From contig CBDCRW010000002.1 in NCBI GenBank assembly GCA_965221125.1, positions 64,001 through 128,000 on the forward strand: DNA of 64,000 nt. The letters run 5' to 3'. Positions within the stretch are counted from its first letter, which is position 1; every line of letters starts with the position of its first letter. Source of the stretch: Alphaproteobacteria bacterium. Lineage in GTDB: Bacteria; Pseudomonadota; Alphaproteobacteria; UBA828. The notes under the pieces were generated by a model. The model was not told the DNA's origin, ran no database searches, and worked only from the letters and a program-made list of their open reading frames with translations. The translations under genes were made by a program, and so were the position numbers. This document shows, one piece after another, positions 59,291-64,000 of the stretch.

Positions 59291-60262
59291 TTACAGACGG
59301 ATGACGCCGGCCCCCCAGACCAGCCCGCCGCCGATGGCCTCCACCACCAGCAGGTCCCCCGGCGTGATCCGCCCGTCGTCGATGCCGGCGTTGAGGGCGA
59401 GCGGGATGGAGGCGGACGAGGTGTTGGCGTGGCGGTCCACGGTCACGATCGTCTTCTCCGCCGGGATGCCGAGCTTCTTGCCGGTGGCGTCGATGATGCG
59501 CCGGTTCGCCTGGTGGGGGACCAGCCAGTCGACCTCGTCGGCGCCAACGCCGGCGGCGTCCATGGCCTCGCCCGCGATCTCCGCGAGATTGGCGACGGCA
59601 TGGCGGAAGACCTCGCGCCCCTGCATCCGCAGGTGGCCCGACGTCTGCGTCGACGAGACGCCGCCGTCCACGTAGAGCGCCTGGTAGTGGCGCCCGTCGG
59701 AGCGCATGCGGACCGCGAGCACGCCCCTGTCCGCCGTCTCGCCGGTGCCGGCCTCCGCCCGCAGCACGGCGGCGCCCGCGCCGTCGCCGAAGAGCACGCA
59801 GGTCTGGCGGTCGTCCCAGTCGAGAATGCGCGAATAGGTCTCGGCGCCGACGATGAGCGCGGTCTCGGCCGCGCCGCTCCGCACCATGCTGTCGGCCACC
59901 TGGAGCGCGCAGACGAAGCCCGCGCACACGGCCTGGACGTCGAAGGCGATGCCGCCGGTCATGCCGAGCCTCGCCTGCACCTTGGTCGCGGTGGCGGGGA
60001 AGGTGTTGTCCGGCGTCGACGTCGCCAGCACCAGCAGGTCGAGGGACTCCGCGCCGATGCCGGCCGCCTCCAGCGCCGCCCGGCTCGCCGCGCAGGCGAG
60101 GTCCGAGGTGAGCTGGTCGTCGGCGGCGACGTGGCGCTGGCGGATGCCGGTGCGGGTCCTGATCCACTCGTCGCTGGTGTCGATGCGCGTGGACAGCTCG
60201 TCGTTGCTGAGCACCCGCTCAGGGAGGTAGGCGCCGCAGCCGACCAGCCGGGAGCGGCGCAT
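59291..60262 (-). CDS. fabH: Beta-ketoacyl-ACP synthase III
   Basis: [33 protein letters not shown] and ANTSSASIP motifs. Confidence 0.96.
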   Translation of the reverse strand: MRRSRLVGCGAYLPERVLSNDELSTRIDTSDEWIRTRTGIRQRHVAADDQLTSDLACAASRAALEAAGIGAESLDLLVLATSTPDNTFPATATKVQARLGMTGGIAFDVQAVCAGFVCALQVADSMVRSGAAETALIVGAETYSRILDWDDRQTCVLFGDGAGAAVLRAEAGTGETADRGVLAVRMRSDGRHYQALYVDGGVSSTQTSGHLRMQGREVFRHAVANLAEIAGEAMDAAGVGADEVDWLVPHQANRRIIDATGKKLGIPAEKTIVTVDRHANTSSASIPLALNAGIDDGRITPGDLLVVEAIGGGLVWGAGVIRL

Positions 60263-60264
60263 GG

Positions 60265-61317
60265 CTAGAGCGCAGCCCTCTTCGGCTCCGGCAGCTCGGC
60301 AAGCTGGAGGCGCGACAGCTCGTCGATGATCTTGGGGTTGATCCCCTGGTTCACCATGTCGAAGGCGACGCCGATGGCGTTGGCGAAGCCCTTGTGATCC
60401 GTGCCCCCGTGGCTCTTCACGACGACCCCGTTCACGCCGAGGAACATCGCGCCGTTGTACGCGCGGGGGTCCACGCGCTCCCTGAGCAGGCGGAGCGCCG
60501 GGCGCGCCAGCAGGTAGCCGAGCCGCGAGAACAGCGATCGCCGGAAGGCGCTCTTCAGATACTCCGTGTAGAGACGCGCCGTGCCCTCCGCCGACTTGAG
60601 CGCGATGTTGCCGGCGAAGCCGTCGGTTGCGATCACGTCGACCGTGCCGGCGGCGATGTCGTCGGCCTCGACGAAGCCGTGGAACTTGATCGGCAGCCCG
60701 GAATCCCGCAGCACGGTCGCGGCGGTGCGAATGGTCTCGCTGCCCTTCAGCTCCTCGGTGCCGATGTTGAGGAGGCCCACCGTCGGCTCGCGGACGCCGA
60801 GGACGTTGCGCGCGAAGACCTCGCCCATCACCGCGAACTGGGCGAGCGTCGCCGAGTCGCAATCGATGTTGGCGCCGAGGTCGAGCATCACGCTCTCGCC
60901 GCGTACCGTGGGCACGATCGAGCCCATCGCCGGGCGGCCGATGCCCGGCAGCGTCTTGAGCGCGAACTTCGACAGCGCCATGAGCGCGCCGGTGTTGCCC
61001 GCCGAGACGACGCCGTGCGCCGCCTTCTCGCCCACGGCGTCGATGGCGAGGCGCATGCTCGAGCCCTGGCGCCGGCGCAGCGCCTGGACGGGCTTGTCGT
61101 CGTCGGCGATCACCTCTTCCGCATTGTGGATAGTGCTCGCGGACCTCAGGCGCTTGAAGCGCTCCAGGCTGGCCGCGATCGCCGACTCCTTGCCGAAGAA
61201 CATGAAGCGGAGCTGCGGATAGCGCACGCGGGCGATGTTGGCGCCCCGGATCACCACGTCGGGTGCGCCGTCCCCGCCCATCGCATCGAGGGCGATCACG
61301 ATCTCCGATTGGCTCAT
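60265..61317 (-). CDS. plsX: Phosphate acyltransferase PlsX
   Basis: [37 protein letters not shown] and KSHG motifs. Confidence 0.96.
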   Translation of the reverse strand: MSQSEIVIALDAMGGDGAPDVVIRGANIARVRYPQLRFMFFGKESAIAASLERFKRLRSASTIHNAEEVIADDDKPVQALRRRQGSSMRLAIDAVGEKAAHGVVSAGNTGALMALSKFALKTLPGIGRPAMGSIVPTVRGESVMLDLGANIDCDSATLAQFAVMGEVFARNVLGVREPTVGLLNIGTEELKGSETIRTAATVLRDSGLPIKFHGFVEADDIAAGTVDVIATDGFAGNIALKSAEGTARLYTEYLKSAFRRSLFSRLGYLLARPALRLLRERVDPRAYNGAMFLGVNGVVVKSHGGTDHKGFANAIGVAFDMVNQGINPKIIDELSRLQLAELPEPKRAAL

Positions 61318-61348
61318 CCTGGGGCCTTCGCCTCGGCCTGATGTTCGG

Positions 61349-61528
61349 CTAGGCCTTGCCCTCGATCACTTCGCGGCCATCGTAGTAACCGCAGGCCCGG
61401 CACACGTGGTGGGGCAGCTTGTACTCGCCGCAATTGGGGCATTCGACCGGATTGGCCTTCGCCAGCGCGTCGTGCGACCGGCGGCTCCCGCGGCGGGCGC
61501 GGGAGATCTTCTTCTTCGGGACGGCCAT
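61349..61528 (-). CDS. rpmF: 50S ribosomal protein L32 (59 aa, below the ORF-track cutoff)
   Basis: Manual translation [22 protein letters not shown]...[25 protein letters not shown]. Confidence 0.95.
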   Translation of the reverse strand: MAVPKKKISRARRGSRRSHDALAKANPVECPNCGEYKLPHHVCRACGYYDGREVIEGKA

Positions 61529-61622
61529 CGATAGCTTCTCACCGCTTGGGGGCGCCGACGCTGCGCCTTCGCTTCAGCTGCATCGCGTCGCGTGCGTCGG
61601 CACTACACGATCAATTCGCACA

Positions 61623-62195
61623 TTACAACTTGCTTTTGAGTTGGCCAAGCGCCGCGAACGGCCCGGCGGGCGCGTCGTCGCCCGCAGCGCTCCGTTCCGC
61701 CTCTCCCCCGCCCGCCGCGTAGGTGAGCGGCTCCTCCGGCGCGTCCGGATGGCGCGGATAGGGGTCGAGGACGAGGGCGAGATGCTCCGCCACGATCTCG
61801 CTCACGTCGATGCCCTCCGCAGGCAGGGGCTCGGCCTCGTCGCCCTCCGCCAGCACCTCGACCTCGTGCCCGGACGACTCCTCCGGCAGCGGCGCGTAGA
61901 GGACCGAAACCGGCTCGGAAATCTTGCGCGGCACGGGCTCGAGCGTCACCACGCAGCTCTGGGCGAGCTGCGCCTGGACCCGCCCGCTCACGCGAATGGC
62001 CCCCTCGGCCTCGTCCGTCCGCTCGAAGCGCAGCGCGGCCGCGAGCCGCTCCAGCGCCAGCAGGTCGAGCCGGCGCTTCAGCGCCTCCCGCTCGCTCTCG
62101 TCGAATTCGATCTCGCTCGTGAGGCCCTGCGGCCCCACCTCCTCCGGCGCGATCAGGCGCGGGCGCCCGCCGCCCCTCGGCGCGTCGACGCTCAC
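61623..62195 (-). CDS. yceD: YceD/DUF177 family protein
   Basis: Q.CVVTLEP and E.L.L.LDPYPR motifs; position upstream of rpmF. Confidence 0.88.
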   Translation of the reverse strand: MSVDAPRGGGRPRLIAPEEVGPQGLTSEIEFDESEREALKRRLDLLALERLAAALRFERTDEAEGAIRVSGRVQAQLAQSCVVTLEPVPRKISEPVSVLYAPLPEESSGHEVEVLAEGDEAEPLPAEGIDVSEIVAEHLALVLDPYPRHPDAPEEPLTYAAGGGEAERSAAGDDAPAGPFAALGQLKSKL

Positions 62196-62788
62196 GCGCC
62201 GCCCTCCGCCGGCGTGGCGGCAGCAAGCGGCGGCACCGGCGGCAACTCCAGTTCGCCGGCGAGCAGCGCCGCCGAGTTGTTGCGGTCGAGAGCGTCGAGC
62301 AGTGTCTCGACGTAGCCTGCCATCGCCCGAACGCGATCGGCGGCCGGCGGATCGTTGTTGAAGACGTTGCGCTCCAGCGCCTCGGCGATGGCGCGGCGGC
62401 GGCCCGCGCCCGGCGCCTGGTCGAAAGCCTGGTCGTAGGCCGCGGCGCGGCCGTAGAAGGCGCGCGCCATCTGCTTCACCCGCTTGCCGACGCGCAGATC
62501 GCCCACGCCCATCTCCCGCAGGCTCTGATCCATGTCGTCGAACATCACGTCGAAGAGCGACTGGCTGAGCTGCCGGCCCGGCTCCTCGCACTGGCGCAGC
62601 CGGCGCATGACCGGCACCACGTGGAGCACGATCAGGTCGAAGCGGCCGTCCAGCGTGTCCGCGACGCCGCCTTCGGTATAGAGCACAGGCTCGCGCGCCT
62701 GGCGCACCGCCGCCAAGTAGAGGCGCCGCGCCGCCTCGCGCCGCCGCTTGCGCCCCTCCAGGTGGCGCCAGATGCGCCCCACCGCCAC
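62192..62788 (-). CDS. Ubiquinol-cytochrome c chaperone (Cbp3-like)
   Basis: QAR.P..Y...GV.DT.DGRF....LH, LREMGVGD..VGK and FYGR..AY motifs. Confidence 0.9.
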   Translation of the reverse strand: MAVGRIWRHLEGRKRRREAARRLYLAAVRQAREPVLYTEGGVADTLDGRFDLIVLHVVPVMRRLRQCEEPGRQLSQSLFDVMFDDMDQSLREMGVGDLRVGKRVKQMARAFYGRAAAYDQAFDQAPGAGRRRAIAEALERNVFNNDPPAADRVRAMAGYVETLLDALDRNNSAALLAGELELPPVPPLAAATPAEGGA

Positions 62789-62872
62789 GACGGCCCCCTA
62801 GCCCGCCGCGGCGTTGACACGCCCCGCCAACGCGCGCACGGTTGCGCGGCTCGGCGAGCGGAAGAGGTTTTC

Positions 62873-63358
62873 ATGAAACTCCGGCGCGGACATGCGGACA
62901 AGACAGCGCCTCGGGCGCGGCGCTGGCGGCGCACCCTGCTCGGCTGTGCGCTGGCGGCGGCGCTTCTCGCCGGCTGCGCGCCGCAGGTCCACCAGCAGGG
63001 CCACGTCGCCGATCCGGACGCGCTGGCCGAGATCGAGCCCGGCGTGCAGACCCGCGCGGAGGTCGCCCGCCTGCTGGGCACGCCGTCGGCGGTGGGGACC
63101 TTCGAGGACACGCACTGGTACTACATCACCCGCCGCGCGGAGACGACGGCGTTCTACGCGCCCGAGCTGGTCGACCAGAACATCACCGTGATCGCCTTCG
63201 ACGAGAACGGCGTGGTGGCCGAGATCTCGACGGTGACGCTCGCCGAGGCGCGCGCCGTCGACTTCGCGGAGCAGGAGACGCCGACGCGCGGGCGCGAGCT
63301 TACCCTGCTCGAGCAGCTCTTCGGCAATATCGGCCGGCCGACCGCGCCCACGCAGTAA
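62873..63358 (+). CDS. bamE: Outer-membrane assembly lipoprotein BamE
   Basis: Lipobox LAGC, V..LLGTPS, WYYI, F...GVV and TPT.GRE...L.QLFGNIG motifs. Confidence 0.9.
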   Translation: MKLRRGHADKTAPRARRWRRTLLGCALAAALLAGCAPQVHQQGHVADPDALAEIEPGVQTRAEVARLLGTPSAVGTFEDTHWYYITRRAETTAFYAPELVDQNITVIAFDENGVVAEISTVTLAEARAVDFAEQETPTRGRELTLLEQLFGNIGRPTAPTQ

Positions 63359-63399
63359 GGCGCCTCCTCCCCTCGACCTCCTGTCGGCACCGCGGCGCA

Positions 63400-64000
<601 letters not shown>

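Overview
High-GC bacterial DNA, most likely an alphaproteobacterium (inferred from the gene orders rarA-crcB-rluA-atp12, ihfA-merR, plsX-fabH and yceD-cbp3-bamE). (1) 1-~9350 is the right end of an integrative island. It carries the tail of a type ISP-like restriction-modification gene, an alcohol dehydrogenase relic, a 3'-truncated group II intron whose RT gene is split by an apparently intact IS110/IS1111 element, a TetR/SDR/SRPBCC module, a HEPN-like gene, a P4-type integrase and a tRNA-Ser-like att fragment. The IS ends, its TCTT core, a circle-junction promoter and candidate bridge/seek-RNA guide segments matching its own target and donor can be read directly from the sequence. (2) 9.4-34 kb is an amide/methylamine catabolic region: amidase-GGT-isomerase, a Cache-repeat autotransporter, a variant N-methylglutamate operon, a GntR regulator, an ABC importer, an adenine deaminase-like gene and N,N-dimethylformamidase-like subunits. 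(3) 34-64 kb is mostly housekeeping (cob genes, rarA with a frameshift, rpoZ, rsh, gltA, thrS-infC-rpmI-rplT-pheST, lepA, ihfA, fabH, plsX, rpmF, bamE, hppA, tRNA-Glu, tRNA-Ser). It also holds a relic islet at tRNA-Glu and three copies of a 150-185 bp intergenic repeat with covarying hairpins. No CRISPR array or rRNA was seen. All calls come from reading motifs by eye; no searches were run.
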